NCBI GenBank assembly: GCA_050084515.1
Contig: CM114271.1
Location: forward strand, 24,056,001-24,120,000
Reading direction: 5' to 3'
Length of the DNA: 64,000 bases
Source: Blasia pusilla
Lineage: Eukaryota
Every line of letters starts with the position of its first letter. The stretch's first letter is position 1. Positions 30,540 to 44,919 of the stretch are shown piece by piece. The notes below the pieces were generated by a model that searched no databases, was not told where the DNA came from, and was given only the letters and a program-made list of their open reading frames with translations. The position numbers and the translations under genes are program-made.

Positions 30540-33500
30540 TTCTGATGCTGCCCTCCTTCGAATTCCCGCGTATAGCGTCTCCGCCTATGTCCCGCACATG
30601 TCCCGCGTCCCAGCCCCAATGAAAGGCTTCAAAACGAGCATCGGCATCTCCTGCTTCATCCAGCTCTCTCCTCACTTCCTCATGTCTATCTACAATCCGC
30701 CCTTCGCAACTGTTCCCCCCACACTGTTCCAGATTCGGCCCTCTTGCTCCGACAGGTACACAATTGTCCTCACACAATCCATCTTCAGCGAGCTTCTTGC
30801 ATAGTGCCACGAAATCATCTTTCCCTGCGTCCAATCTCACCCAATCCCCTCATCCCTCCAACGAAAACTCGCCTGTCATTTCCTCCCAAGAAATCCGCTC
30901 ACGGAGCGCCGTCTATTCAGACCGCACGAAAAGCACCGGATTGCTCCCTTTCCTCCTCCTAAGAACTCAACGATCCCAAGCGCGCGCGGCAGTCAACACC
31001 GACAGAGCAAAGTGCGATTTCAGTGCTGCGAACTGGCGATCTACGATACGATCGGGGAAGGCTCGGGCCTGCTACGTCCGCTCGAGCGTGACGCAAAGCA
31101 GGAAGAAGATGGCAGTGAAGACTAAAAGCACACAGGTCACAGGTGTTTCCCATGGCCGTTTGAGTTGACCCGGTTTTCACGCTGGCCTTGTAGTGTTGAA
31201 GGGGACAAAAAAGGGGACGGAGCTCCGCGGACACGAATTTGTCGCTATCGCAACTACTGCAGAATCCGTTGAGCTATTTATTTATTTTCCCGTAATACTT
31301 TCAATTTCTCAATGGAGAAAGTCTATTTTATTATTGAAGAACATATTAATAGAGGAAAATGAAACATCGGCTAGAGAAAAGAATAGCATGTATTTAGTGT
31401 TCTTAATTATTTTAAATGATATTCTTTTCTATTTGAAGTACGTAGACACATAGGTGTTTGCAAATAGAAAAGCACTCTTCATTAATAATATAAATTATTC
31501 AATAAAATCTAATCTTTCAAAATTTTCTTTTTCGTCCTTTACTAGTAATTGAATATTAGTGGGTAGTGGGCTCAAGCAAGGGAGTGAAGGATTAATTGAG
31601 TTGCGCACAAAATCATTTACTTACTGTTTGTATAGAAAATATTTTCTTTCGCCCGATTATTACATGTAAAACAAAGATATACGAATTTTCTTATTGAATT
31701 TTTATAGATATTTTTCATAGCATTCCATGTTGGGGGATATTATTTTGGAATGGAAATAAGCTTTCCATTCCTGGAAAATATCTCTCTTCCTTAGGTAAAT
31801 ACTTTCATACAAATCCCTTTTCCCCTAATCAATATTATTATTAGAGAATGCATTTTCATCTTGCAAACTCCTCTCATCCGACAAGATTGTTCTTCTTTTG
31901 AACCAATGAGATAACTCAAAATTGATTGAAAATGATCCACAAGCATACACTAGTGTTTAGTATGAAAGACCTCGGAGGATGAGCAATGTAAAGCCTCGTT
32001 CAACCACAACTCTTTTGTTTTGCCCATGTAAGATTCTAATTAAGATTTCTATATTATTTGCATGGAAGTTTTTTTAAGCCATTTTAAACCCTTTTTCCCC
32101 ATCTTCATTTACGGATTTTTATTTCCACCTTTGCGTCTACTTTATCCTCAAAATAACCACAAACTCTCAAGCCTTCTTTAATTAAGCACAAAAAATAATT
32201 ACTAGGTTTTAAGTGTTTTGATTATTTTCTAACTAGGTCTGTACTTTCCCATAATAATACGAGTAACCAATAAAAGTATATATTATGCACTTCTCCTCTA
32301 TATTCAATGTTCTACTTCTCCCCACCACCTCTAAGCCTCCCTCCTTTCTTTCTCATTTGGGAAAATCTCATTTTTCATTAAAGAAAAAAAAAACCGCCTT
32401 TTCACACAAAGGAATTACAAAATAAAATAAATTTTATGAACTTCTTGTACACAAGATCGGCCATTAAATTCGTTTTCTATGTTTTAGAGAGCTTCTTTCA
32501 CAAACATCAAATTTATTTCCTAGTATATTATCCAACATCTTCATTCCCAACGACGCCTTTATTTGAAATGCTGCTTGGCGTGTTTCAAACAAGTCTCCAA
32601 AAATCCAAACACAATCAGTTTTAGGAGTCAAAAAGATTGCAAACTCGGGTGTTAGTTTTATCAAAACCCAAGATTAATTCCTACCAAGTTGATCATTGAG
32701 ACTTCTTTCAGAATTATCCTGACGCAAATCTTGCATACGATTAAATGTTTTTAGTTATTACTATCATACGAGTTGCTAGATTCTTCCACTCCGATCCGTT
32801 TCCACCCCTTCCATTCTACATTGCAACTAACGTTACCGCACATCGCTTACAATGTCAGCTCTAGTTCACAGAAATTCACCACAGGTTAAAGCTATTTAGT
32901 ATGTCGCTTTGGCGGTTTCCAAGTCACTTCTCCATGACCAACAGTCTACAGAAGGCAGGTACCGCATGTTTCAGCGTGCTCGTAGTGCACACAGGAGCAT
33001 ACGCACCTGCAACCGGGTCAAAGTCAGGACGTAGGATACGCATAGGTCCCGACCACCTGACCAGACGTGCGCATACACATTCCAAGGCAGTTACTGTTTA
33101 GATTGAGTGTAGCCACTCAAGACGTCGTAATGAAATGGCACTATTGAGATCGCGTGCCGACGCGGCCCAGATAGGGTAAGGTATGGCGCAGGCACTGGGC
33201 TCTAGCCATTCGGCTGGGAGCAGGTGTGCACACTCATAGGGAGAATTCAGAAATGCCGAAAGAACCGAAACCGCACCCGAGTTGACGCAGAAGCGCGTGC
33301 CACACCCGCAGGTTTCTTTCCTAGATGGAGAGGCTGATACACGGCAGTCATGTGCGCCTAGCCATGGACGCTCAAGCCGTCACCACAACTCTCGTTCAAC
33401 GGCGCACATCCGCTGTCGATGAATATCAGGCTTCGTCGAGAGAACCTCCATCCGCTGTCGATGAATATCGATCTTTGTCTGTATGACCTCCATCGCACGA

Positions 33501-34341
33501 TCTAGTACAATCTCACAATTACATTCTTCAAGCCTCACCCCCAAGCTTGGCTTCACTCCCGAAACTAGGCTCGGCAATTTCGCTAGGCACATGTTGGATC
33601 AATATACGCAGGACTGTTTGGAACGCCAAATAATGATTCCGGTGGAGTAAATCTATTACAAAGTTCCAATTACCACACGTTTAGTGCCTCTTAATCACCG
33701 ACAATATTCAAAACCCAACAAGGGTGCGCACTTGCTGAGTGCAAATCGCAGTTTCATAAGGTTGAACAAAAAATTCTCATAACCCCTTCAGAGAAGGATG
33801 TTGTCCAGAATATCAGCAACAGTCCCATGTTCGTCAAGAGGGGAAAAAAACGATCCTTTTTACAACCTTGTTCCCTTAATTTCTGTTAGATGTAACTCCA
33901 GCATTTGCCAAATGCAGGCCACGGGTAGCTGACTAAAGGGCCATACTTTGGAATTTCCCGTACCGGAACAGTGACCTAAGATGTCATGACCACACTTGAA
34001 AGGGACACGACCTATCAAAGACAAAACTTTAGCTACCTGGTCGAAGGAATGATAGTGTACCAACTTTCATACAACCCTCACATGACCACAACCGTGAATT
34101 TTCAGGGTGACTCGACTTCCCTTTCCTCAATCATTTCAGAAGACAGATCTATGATCCTTTTCTGACTCAGGTTCCTTGAATGCTGACCACCTCATAAACC
34201 AGGGCATTTATGGCCAATAGCTGCTCCACTTATTTTCTGAGATCAAACTGAACTTGAGAAAAGATGGACGCATCACCATCAAACCAGAGGAAAAAAATAA
34301 GAAACCTTTGTTTAAGTCTACAACCGCTACGTTTGAATCCT

Positions 34342-37300
34342 TCAGTAATACATGCGTTGCTGAGACATCTGTCCAGCCTGCAGCGCAGCACCTGCTTGAA
34401 AGCCCTCATACATGGCACGATTAGCTGCCGCACCCAGTGGTGCCTGACCTAAGCCCAGCCCTAACCCTTGCTGATGAGGTAGCGGGAGCAGTGCCCGCCC
34501 CGCTGCTGCTTGCGTCATACCCAATTGCCGCTGATAGGCTAGCAGATCGGCAGCGCTGTATCCCTGATTGATTCCTGTTGGGGCAATAACACCTTGAAAT
34601 GGTCCCAGGGGTGGAGGAGGAGGAGGTAGGGGTGAGGAGGAGGTGCCTGGTGGAGTTGGTTTGCTGCCCCATGAACACTGGACAGCAAAAACAAAATTCT
34701 GTTTAGTAGAAAACACTCACACCTCATATCAAATCTGTACCATAAAATGCTTGATTAATTCTAAGGTGAACCATATCCATTGTGCATGGCTACAACAAAC
34801 TCTCTAACCAATCAAAGAAATGTAGGAAAACAACACTGAAACCTAAGTAGAATTATTGTGGCAATTACCAATCAGTCAACAGGTTCACTCCAAAGAAACA
34901 GTAAGCAATGTACATCAACCTACTCAGAAACCAATAATAACCTCCCTAACATACAATATCACCAAAGTTCAACTCACTTTCACAGACTTCCCGCAGATGA
35001 CCTTTCCATTTGCTGTTTGGATAGCACAAGCAGCTTCTTCATGAGAGCGATATCTGACAAATCCAAAACCTTTGTCTCTCTGGACACGGACATCCTCGAT
35101 AATGCCTGCTCCCAATGAATGGAATTGTCTGTGCAGTTCTGCCTGGGTGACCTGCATATTAGATTTACAAATTCTAGAAGATATGAGATAAACTCCCAAA
35201 TTTTTCAGGATAGTTAATTCTGAAACTTACAAGATGCAATATTGAAACTCCAAATGGGATTACAGTACATGTAAACTACATCCGAAAAATGTAGCAACAA
35301 GAAAGTTGAGTGTTTCTGTTCACCTCATGTGCCAGGTTGCCCACATACACTGTTGTATACTGTGGGTTATTCTCTGGTGTTTCTCCTTGGGACTCCTCAG
35401 GATGCTGTTCATCATGTTGGTGTACCTCTGCAGTTTCCATAAGTCATTACCATCTACCCAGATATGCCAAACTTAGGACCAAACTCGGAGTGATATCTTT
35501 CACATCCACAGCATTCGAAAGGAAAGAGAATTATTCCAGTACATTTTCACAATACCAGGAAAAAAAAAAAAGTGTTCCCCGGGGGTAATCTACCTGGAAC
35601 AAGTTGTGGAGAAGTAAGTCCCACCAACTGATCTACACCACTAGACACAGCACCATTTGAAACACTGTTATCTTCAGGAGCTGCTCCCATGTTTGTCTTT
35701 GTGGCCCAATTGCATCGAATGGGTCTACTTCCAAGCCATTTTCCTTCAAGACAAGTCCCGTCACCTCCAGCGTTAGGACAAGCTCAACTTCATGTCTACA
35801 CAGGGTTGCAAACTTATGTAAAAACCCAACAAAACCTACCACCTACCTGATGAAAAAGCATCAGGAGAAAGGAGTGTCAAAAAGCATGACCACAAGCGCA
35901 ACTCACTCACCAGTCATCTCTGATATAGCACTCTCAGCTTCCTGTATACCAGTCAAAAAGAAATCTGTAAGAATTCGTCCAACCACTAACTTGACAGACT
36001 GATCTTCATTCCATTAACTTGGGGAAACTCATGGAACTCAGCCTATCCCATTTTGGGGTAGCAAAAGGTGACACCCTGGATACTTGGATTTCCCTTCAGC
36101 TGGATGGCAAAACTGCCATGGCCTCCAGAAAATAGCTGGAAGATCATACAAATTCTTGATCTTCAGGGCACCTCTTCTTTGAAATCTGATGACTTTGCTA
36201 GCTAACTTAGTAGTCACCTATCCATGGGCTGAGTCTTCTCTGCTAAGGACAGGCCTTAAAACTATATTTCTTGGAGTCTAATGTATGAAACCAACCCAGG
36301 CATAGATACTTGTCATCAATGCTGATCATTCCACATATAAAACTCATAACCCTTTCTTGAAAATTGATAATGCAGCACAAAGTGAGACTTGAAACAACTT
36401 TTTCACAAGCACAACCTGCACACCAGGTAACTCTACCTGCTGACTTCTGAAAGAAACAAAGCCGAAACCCCTAGAACGGCCAGATCGTTGATCCCACATG
36501 ACTCGGGCATCACTGTGAATGAAACCAAATATAAACAGTCCAAAATCAAGACCAACTTCCTCGGGGAAGGCTCATGAATTTAACTGGATAATTCTTCTTG
36601 AAGCCAAGCTACTGTTCAAGTTTGCCACGGTCCGAGAGCTTTCTTGGCAACTTAATTGAAGCGACGTTCAAAGCAACAGATGAACCACACCAGACTTTAT
36701 GGACCAGCAGGTTTGCAGAATCGAACTAGTACCTCCACTATGAAATGAGTGTAGGGTAGAACAAAATGGAGCAATCCACCATGAAGACTACTTACGAGCA
36801 GCTGGGATACACGGAGAACGCAGCAAAAAGTGTGGCATCAGTCACCTCGGGGCTAAGATCACCAACAAAAATGTTGAAATGTCCTGTCAACATAGAACTG
36901 TTAGCAAATATCCATGACCATATAGAAACACCCAGCGCTCCACAACCAGCGAGAGCAAAGTCCAAACCTATTCCTCAATTGCAATCTCTATGAGACCACT
37001 GAAAATATTCACAGGAACAGTTGAGCAACTCAACAGACACCCATTAAAAATAAAATGACAACAATTTTGTCTTTACAGTCCAGAGAATAGTGATACAGAA
37101 GGCTATTATGTTGAGATAAACAAGAACCTGTAGTGTCCTCTCTTTGACCACTTGCATAAGCCCAATTCACTTTGATGGCCTGGCCAAACCTGGAAAGATT
37201 TTGACCAATTTAGATTGATCTGATTCATCCACTAGAAGTACTCTTCCACAAAACAGCCTTTTGAGTGAAGTGAAACATGGTTCATATATGCCGTTTTGTT

Positions 37301-39247
37301 TCAATGCTTGTACAGAAAAACAGCTTGACTCACATCTGTCTCCCATTGAGAGTGAGCAACGCAGCTGCAGCTGATCTATGATCAAAGTAGTCCACAAAGC
37401 CATATGAAGACTGCAAAAGTGACGATGAAAAATGTTCATCAAACTCTAAGTCTCACGAGTGAAACACAAGCTCCAGATGGTAACTCTATTTGTAATAAGA
37501 GGAAGTACAGATGATTACTAGTACTTGCACAGTACCTATTTCTAAAAGAGGGAACTGCACCTTTTCTTTTCTGATGAGTTTACAACCCTCCAGAGGACCC
37601 GCACTGGCAAAAACCTCCGCAAGCAAACCTTCAGTGACCTTTGTGTGGATGTTGCCCACATACCTACATCAATCAATTGATCATTGCCTAATCAGTGCCT
37701 CTGTAGTAGGTTTAGCTCTCAAAAAGACACAAGAGATAACACTTCTCCACTAAAGAAAATTCCTTTGTTTTGTTCATACTGAGTGGTAAGGAACTGTCTT
37801 AGGTTCTTGGTTTAGACTGGTCGGACCACACCCCATGAGGCATTGACAAATAAAATATTCACAAAATTGTCTTCAAGAAAGTGACAGAATGGAAGTAAAG
37901 CGGGCAGCTTCATCCTGAGTGTGAGTCAACGGATGACCTACAAGTTGGATTCTGCTACCAGGAATCAAAAGACAATTAAATGTGTTCGAATGAAACTCAA
38001 ACCCCATGCCTTACTAGCAAGATCTAGAAATAACCCAAGAAAAGATCAAGTCAGAATACCTGTTTGCGGAATGTGCTACAACAACGAAAGGTTAAAAAAA
38101 CAACAGCTGCAAAGGAAGACAAAAGCAGCAGCGCACTCACACACTGCGGCATGAAGTTGCATCAAACCCTGGTGGCAGATTTCCACTTGGAATTGGCTCA
38201 ATCTGCAATAAAATATAAAGAAGGGCGATGGAAAAAATAAACAACGAATAAAAGATGTGATTGTACCCGTCTGATTCTGATCTGTGCACTCATTTTGTTT
38301 CTCTCAGTTTAAAACCAATAAATAAAAAGCAGTTTCGGCTGCAATGGCAAAGTGAATTGGTCTGCATTTTTAAAAAATTTAACTACATTCACTCGCCAAT
38401 TGGCCTGCAAAAAGAAGTGGAATGATTGGTTCACAAAATTGCACGAGAATGTAGTTAGATGATTCAGACCTATAGAGACAAAAGTTACTAAAGGAGCTCA
38501 CTATACTCGATGCTCGTTCATCCAATGACAACAAAGCTGAAAAGAAATGACTACTGACACGAGTCTGACAAATTGATCATTACACGTCCAGGCCAGACAT
38601 TAAGATTCAATAATAGATCAGAGAATCTGGAACACGCTAAAGAACAGCTGTCCCCTAACTCAGAGGGAAAGGAAACCATTCAACTAGAAGGTGAAAGTAG
38701 GCAAGTATTAGCTTGATAGGGCCACCCGGGCAACATTGCACAGGCCCTTAAGTAAATTTAACACTAGCAAATACAGGAATACCTAGTGTTACTTTTGACC
38801 ACGTGGCTTAGCAAGAAACGCATTTCCACAGACGCCCTATCAAGCAAATACCTGTGACAAAAGGTGCAGAAGAAAAAGGCTTACACTTCCCGATGCTAAG
38901 TGTTTGGGCAACTTCTCATGCAGAAGTAACAACAGATAGATCCAGAAATCCGTCCGACTAAACCCTCCCAGGATACATAAGCTTGTAGGTGTAGAAGTCT
39001 TTAATCTCTTCTTTCAACAATTCTTTCGCTTGTGGCCATAGAGACTCTAATAAATCTTTCCTTCCACGATTGCTAATCAAAGAAAGTCACTCACTTCAAA
39101 ATATGAATGGTTTGCAACTGAGGCAGAAACTTAGAATACCTGTGACATAGCCGTGAGCAATCCAGGATGATACATGGGTTGTTGTTGAAGCATAGCCTGC
39201 TGCATGAGCGTCTGTTGATTTAATCGTTGCTGATATTGCAACTGTTC

Positions 39248-39320
<73 letters not shown>

Positions 39321-39364
39321 ACTACCTGCTGCTGTGCCTGCTGCTGCGGCACCATTGCATACAT
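34342..39364 (-). CDS. UBP1: Oligouridylate-binding protein 1 (TIA-1-like, three RRMs), 495 aa. Exons 39140-39364, 38141-38202, 37561-37663, 37334-37410, 37128-37189, 36796-36883, 36437-36512, 35911-35941, 35594-35743, 35324-35427, 34978-35151, 34342-34677
   Basis: All 11 introns are GT-AG and phase-consistent. Hallmark peptides [102 protein letters not shown] and [11 protein letters not shown]. Confidence 0.97.
39248..39319 (-). repeat. Coding CAG/CAA repeat giving 24 consecutive glutamines in UBP1 exon 1
   Basis: 72 nt of (CAG/CAA)n in frame. Confidence 0.95.
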
Positions 39365-40596
39365 CTCGTCGACCCGGACTAATTTTACTCTTAAAGAAAG
39401 AACCTCCTTCCGCACCGAGAGGTTGAAAGAGCGAACTAAACGCGAGCTGTCTTAGATCAACCAACTGCAGCAGCAGTGAGGAAAATTAGACACTGATGAT
39501 AAAAATCATGAGGATATGATTGAACAAAAATATACACGACTTGGTTCGCTGCGCGGAGACGGCTAGCAAGTCGAATGCCAGTTGGGAGTAGGCAAATCGA
39601 AGCGAAGGGGAAGGGGGAGGGGAAGGTAGGTACAACGAAATCTTGACGCAAAGGCTCTACACGAAGGACTTCTTAGGCCGAATAAGGGCACCCTGATCGC
39701 AACCTAACAAGCAGGGATTATCACAACGAGTCCCAGGGGACCATAAAGGAAAGTAAAGGCACGACAATCGGTACAAACCAAGGAAGTGAAATCACCTCCA
39801 GGACAGGGGCCAACACCTCGATGCAGAGAAAACGAAGGGGCGAGCAACCGTGATTTGAAAAACGAAAAGAGCCACGGACCAACAACCGCGGGACGAACCC
39901 CGCAACCAAATGCGAGACGCCAAAGTAAAGAAGGACCCGGTCTACACAACTCCCGACGAGAAAAAATGGGACTCCGCTACCAGCAACCGGCCACGAAAGA
40001 GGAACATGGAGCCGCGTAGCGAGAAGACGCACATAGCCTCGCAAGTATGGCGCTCCGAACCGCAACCGAATCGGCGACCTTGCTTGCCAGCGCTCCGTTG
40101 GCCTTGTTGTGCCGTGCCTTTGCCTGGCCTCGCGTTTGCGTACTTTGGAGGAATTGGAAGAGGAACGAGGGAAGACGAGCGAGTGTAGTAGGGACGGGCC
40201 CAAGGACCTGAACGAAGGAAACCTGTCCGTCTTACAAGAGCAGGCTTGGCGCTCCCCACTCGGCAGCTGGCCCCGGTACTGCCGTCCGGGTGAAACGCCG
40301 TCGCCCGACTCCGAGCCCGAGTCCGACGCCGAGCGCAGCGGAGCCAGTTCTTCTTGCCCGGCCCAGTCAAGTCCCGCTGATAAGGCCTCCGTGCCGCCCG
40401 CCGAGAGTACACTCTGCTTTCACGATTCCGACTGCCCGCCCGTGCAGGACCTCGCGTCAGCGCGTCGGACGACTCCGACTCGCGACGAGTACTCACCGGG
40501 GAACTGGTGGAACCGGCTTCAACTGCAACCGTCTCGCGTGCCCGTCATTTTTTCGCTAGGTTCCCAGCCAAGTTAAATAAAATAAACAAACAAGAA

Positions 40597-40658
40597 GGCG
40601 TTTCTCGCCACAGGGGAACACGCCCTGTGGCGTTTCTCGCGCCACAGGGGAACACGCC
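40597..40658. promoter_or_regulatory. Duplicated GC-rich motif upstream of UBP1, with hairpin potential
   Basis: ggcgtttctcg(cg)ccacaggggaacacgcc occurs twice in tandem; gccacaggg/ccctgtggc is an inverted pair. A regulatory role is inferred only from position. Confidence 0.4.
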
Positions 40659-40780
40659 AGAAGTGCCTCAAGAGGAAACTTCAACGGACTTCGGACGCCC
40701 CATTCCAGTCCAGTTCTTCTAGCGAAATTACGTAGTCGTACAATGGCTGTTTCCGCATCATGTATTTCATTTCAACTCCA

Positions 40781-41780
40781 TCTATCTATATCTCTATATA
40801 TGCTATACTATAATAAGCGTATTACATAAAACTTGGCCGACACTTGGTTGTATGACACGTGGCAAAGACAAAATAAATTCTTTCACTCATTGTATGCAAT
40901 TTGAATCCTTCCTAATTTGAACTCCTAATTACAACCACTACTAAAATTACATATTTCTATTGGACTACGTGCTTTTGGTCCTTCTTTACATACGAGTAAG
41001 ATATTGTGAGCATCGTACGAGTAAAATGCATGGTTCATTTCATTTTATCGAACCTCGTATTTGAGAATTATCCTAAATGCAATAATACCCGTTAAATCTA
41101 AATATGTGAGATGAGTTTTCTAAATATGTGAGATGAGTTTTCTGGATAAGAAGCCAACTTGGAGGAGACATGTTCGCAACGATCACACCATCCACAAAAG
41201 TTGTTGAACAAACAATGCAATGCTTCACTCCGGTTTGCAACTAGAATTACCATGGGGTCGCTTTCTTCCGTGGATCAGACTTCAGCTTACGTCTGATGGA
41301 GGACATCATCCCCATCTGACACTCGAGTTATTTTGTTCTCGACATCCAACCAAACCCGACCCACCATGCACAAGTAATCTCCCTTCCAGATTCACAACCA
41401 CATGATTAGTACACTAGTACAACATATTTGTACTTGGCCACCACTTATTTCTCTTTGGAGCAAACACTTTCTCTTCCCAAGAGTGATTGTGGGCGACAGC
41501 CTCCTCCGAACACATATATCCTACCATGGATATGAGAAATTTTATTCGCATGCTCAACATGCTCGTTTTGCCACACTCCTCTATAGGTAGCCAAATCTAT
41601 CAAATACACCTCTCGTATCGAACAAACCTTATCATAGTTATTGCCACCCAAAATGTGGAGCCTTTCGTTGAGAAAAACACAACCGCTATTCAGGCTAGCG
41701 CCGTGAATTCTCGAGAGAGAGAGAGAGAGAGGGTACTTAAAATCAATTTTTTGCATTATAGAAGCTTTCTAGTTTAAATA
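40781..41780 (+). mobile_element. Possible Helitron 5' terminus and non-coding arm
   Basis: A|TCTATCTATATCTCTATATATGCTATACTATAATAAG follows the A^TC junction and TA-rich start typical of Helitrons. An abrupt composition change occurs here. No matching 3' hairpin-CTAG was identified. Confidence 0.4.
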
Positions 41781-41799
41781 AAACAGAGATTTTCCATAA

Positions 41800-44700
41800 A
41801 GACTCAAGGGACAAAGATGTGCGTAGAACTCTTACTCATATTTGCTCCTTGCTACGACCTTGTTGTGATGGGAGATGGAATTCCTCTCATACAAGCCGTG
41901 TCCTCACTATTAGCTTTAGAAGCAATATTTGAACCTAAGCTCCCATCCAAGCATGATGGCTCTTCCACCTTCAAGACCTCTATCATCAAGGCCATGTTGA
42001 CGAGATGTTCGGAAGCTCTATTCTACTCCTCTAGTCTCTTGGATCTCCTTGGATGTGTAACAACTTCATCAGTTGTTGGTGGATCCTTACCATCCAAGAG
42101 CTGCTTTATCCACTTAGGGTATGACGACCGTAGTGGAAGAGCAAGTTGCTCTTTGTAATCATCACCAAATTCTTCTTCTTGATGATCTGGTGTAAAAATT
42201 TGTGGTGTGCTCTTGTGGGTTATCTCTTCGTTTGATGATAATATGGACGGACCACTGATATCCGCCACTTGACGAGGTTGTTCCTGGAACATTACATCAC
42301 GACTCACAAGCATCTTCTTTTCCTCAAGACACCAAAGGCGATAAGCTTTAGACTCATCACTGTATCCCATAAAGATGCACTTCATGCTCTTGGACTCCAG
42401 CTTGGTCCTAGATGCTTCAGGAATATGTACAAAACACTCACTACCAAAAGTCCTGAAATGTTGGACTAATGGTACCTTACCTGAGTATGATTGATGAGGA
42501 ATCATGCCTTGCACTGACTTGGTAGCACTTCTATTTAGAATGTATACGGCGTGATAATGACTTCAACCCAAAATCCATCATCAAACCTTTTGCTTTCATC
42601 ATACATCTTGCCATCTCCACCATTATGACGGTTTGACGCTCAACAACTCCATTTTGTTGTGGTGTATGTGCCGTGGTTAACTGTCGCTTGATTCCATGCT
42701 CCCCCAAATATTTGTTGAATTCTGTTGATAAGAATTCTCCTCCTCGATCGGTGCAAAGCTTTTGTACCTTCTTTCCTATCTCATTCTCAACCAGCTTGTC
42801 CCATACTTTAAATTTTCCAAAATCACTTGCCTTATCACGAAGGAAATACACCCACATCTTCCTACTATAATCATCGACAACTAAAAAGAAGTAGGAAGAA
42901 CCACCTAATGCCACTGTTCTCATTTTACCATAGAGGTCAGCATGTATTAACTCTAGAGGAGCCTTTGCCCTATTGCTGGACTCTTGTGGAAATGGTTGTC
43001 AGTGTTGCTTGCCCATCATACAAGCTTCACAAGTATCCGACACTCCATAAATTGTTGGTAAATCAGCAACAATGTCAGATTTCTGCATCTGACTTAGTAA
43101 GGGAAAGCTTAGGTGACCAAATCTTTCATGCCACAACTTACTGCTACTTAGATATGTACCTACACTTGTCGTGAAAGCATACAGCTCGTAGATATTTCCA
43201 CGTCGTATACCTTCATCCACTACTTTCCCATTGGCATCCTCAATGACAACTCCAGTTTTCTTGAAACGAACCTCTAGGTCATGATCACATAATACTGCCA
43301 CTGAAATCAAATTTCGCTTCAACTCTGGTACGTACAGTACATCAGTTAACTTCTTTTCATCTCCTTTTTGTGAGACTAAAGAAATTGTGCCTTTCCCTTC
43401 TATAGGGCACTTTGCATTATTCCCAACAGTAACAACGATGGGCTCTTGTAGAGGCTGTAAGGAGCTATACCAATCCTTATGATTGGTCATATGCTTAGAT
43501 GCTCCACTATCGAGCACCCATGCATCTTCACTCTTTGACTTAGTGGAATGTTTTGCCTGTGTGCAAAACTCTTCTATTGCTACCCAAGCATCTACTTCAT
43601 GTTCTTCTAGTTCTACAGAATTTCCACACTCCTTCTTAGGTCTTAAACAACCGTTCTTCTCATCCTGACTCCTCTTTCTACAATCTTTGATAAGATGACC
43701 TAGCTTACCACAATAAAAGCATTTGAAGGCTTTTCTTGGAAATTTCTTCTTGACATTTGAATTGTAATCCTGATTTCTACCTCTCTGTACGTTGGCAGTT
43801 AATGCTGCATCACTTCCCTCTCTTGCTTTGAAGCGCATTTCCTCTTCTATCAACATTGCACTAAATTGTTCAAAAGTAAGTGGCGTGGGTCTTACTTGAG
43901 TATTCAGTGCAGTGACCAAACTGTCATACCTTGGAGGCAAAATCCTTATGCACCGACGTGCCAAATCTTCGCTTGACTTTGAAATTCCTACGGACGCCAT
44001 CTCATCTTGAAGATTCTTGATCCTTGTCAAAAATTGCTCCGCGCTTTCTCCTTCTGAAAATTTCTCGGACGTAAGCTGATTCTCCAGATTCTGAATTCGA
44101 GTCTCATTCCTCGTTTCATAATGATTCTTCAAAATGTTCCACGCCTCAGCAGTAGTGGTTGTATGTTGAATGAGAGTCATGACATAATCAGTTATATTTG
44201 TGACAATCGCATATAGAGCATCAGCACTTATGCGTCTCCATGCCAACAATACAACATGATCAATATCCCCAGATGAAGATGAACATGCAGAACTCAAACT
44301 AGCTTGTGGATTTGAATCGACCCTTGTGGCCGTTTCCCAAATCTCAAATGATTCGAGGACAGTATAGTTAGACCCATTTTGAACTTCCACAACGTATAGT
44401 TAGACCCATCTAACTTCCCTTCACCCAGCGGAGGAGGGCGAGCACGAACTGACGAAGAAGTAGCCATCTCTCAAGATTTTGTGCAAACACACTAGATCGC
44501 CATATACAAAATACTGGAAAACCTACTGCTCTGATACCATGTGAGAAAACATAAAGTGACGAAATCATTGAAATCTTTGCAAAACTTAGAGATACAAAGT
44601 AGCCTAGTCTGTTCGTGCGCTCACAGAAGAGCTTCGATGGAACCTGAATTGGAAGATAACTCGACATACTAGAATGCGCTACCGCTGCGGCTCGACTATT

Positions 44701-44919
44701 TGACTACTCGGGAAAACTAGGGTTTTTACCTATTTTTCTTCGTTTCTATTAATATAAAAAGTTTGCATTAATAGAAAAATATTGCATGAGGGTGCCCCGC
44801 ACCCTGATGCAATAGAGGGTTAGATAAACCTAGTAACGTTACTCCTAAAACCACCTACGTCATATTACTATGACTCCTTCGACGTCTAAGTCGGAACCAT
44901 CAATCTAGGCTTCTCCTCA
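41800..44919 (-). mobile_element. Truncated Ty1/copia retrotransposon: 5' LTR 44540-~44919, PBS, gag-PR-INT; RT/RNaseH and 3' LTR missing
   Basis: PBS TGGTATCAGAGC (tRNA-iMet) at 44528-44539. Gag starts MATSSS..KLDGSNYTLWKFKM at 44467. Zinc knuckle CFYCGKLGHLIKDC, protease WVLDSGASKHM, LWHERFGH..CEAC, integrase VDDYSR, TDRGGEF, PQQNGVVER, FGSECF and CIFMGYS. Several stops and frameshifts. Confidence 0.93.

Noticed and set aside
33380-33592. 70-aa ORF with a duplicated DIHRQRM
   Set aside because: It reflects a local 21-bp direct repeat; there is no other sign of coding.
39704-40722. Long overlapping GC-rich ORFs upstream of UBP1
   Set aside because: Low-complexity frames on both strands with no recognisable domain; best explained as promoter/5' UTR.
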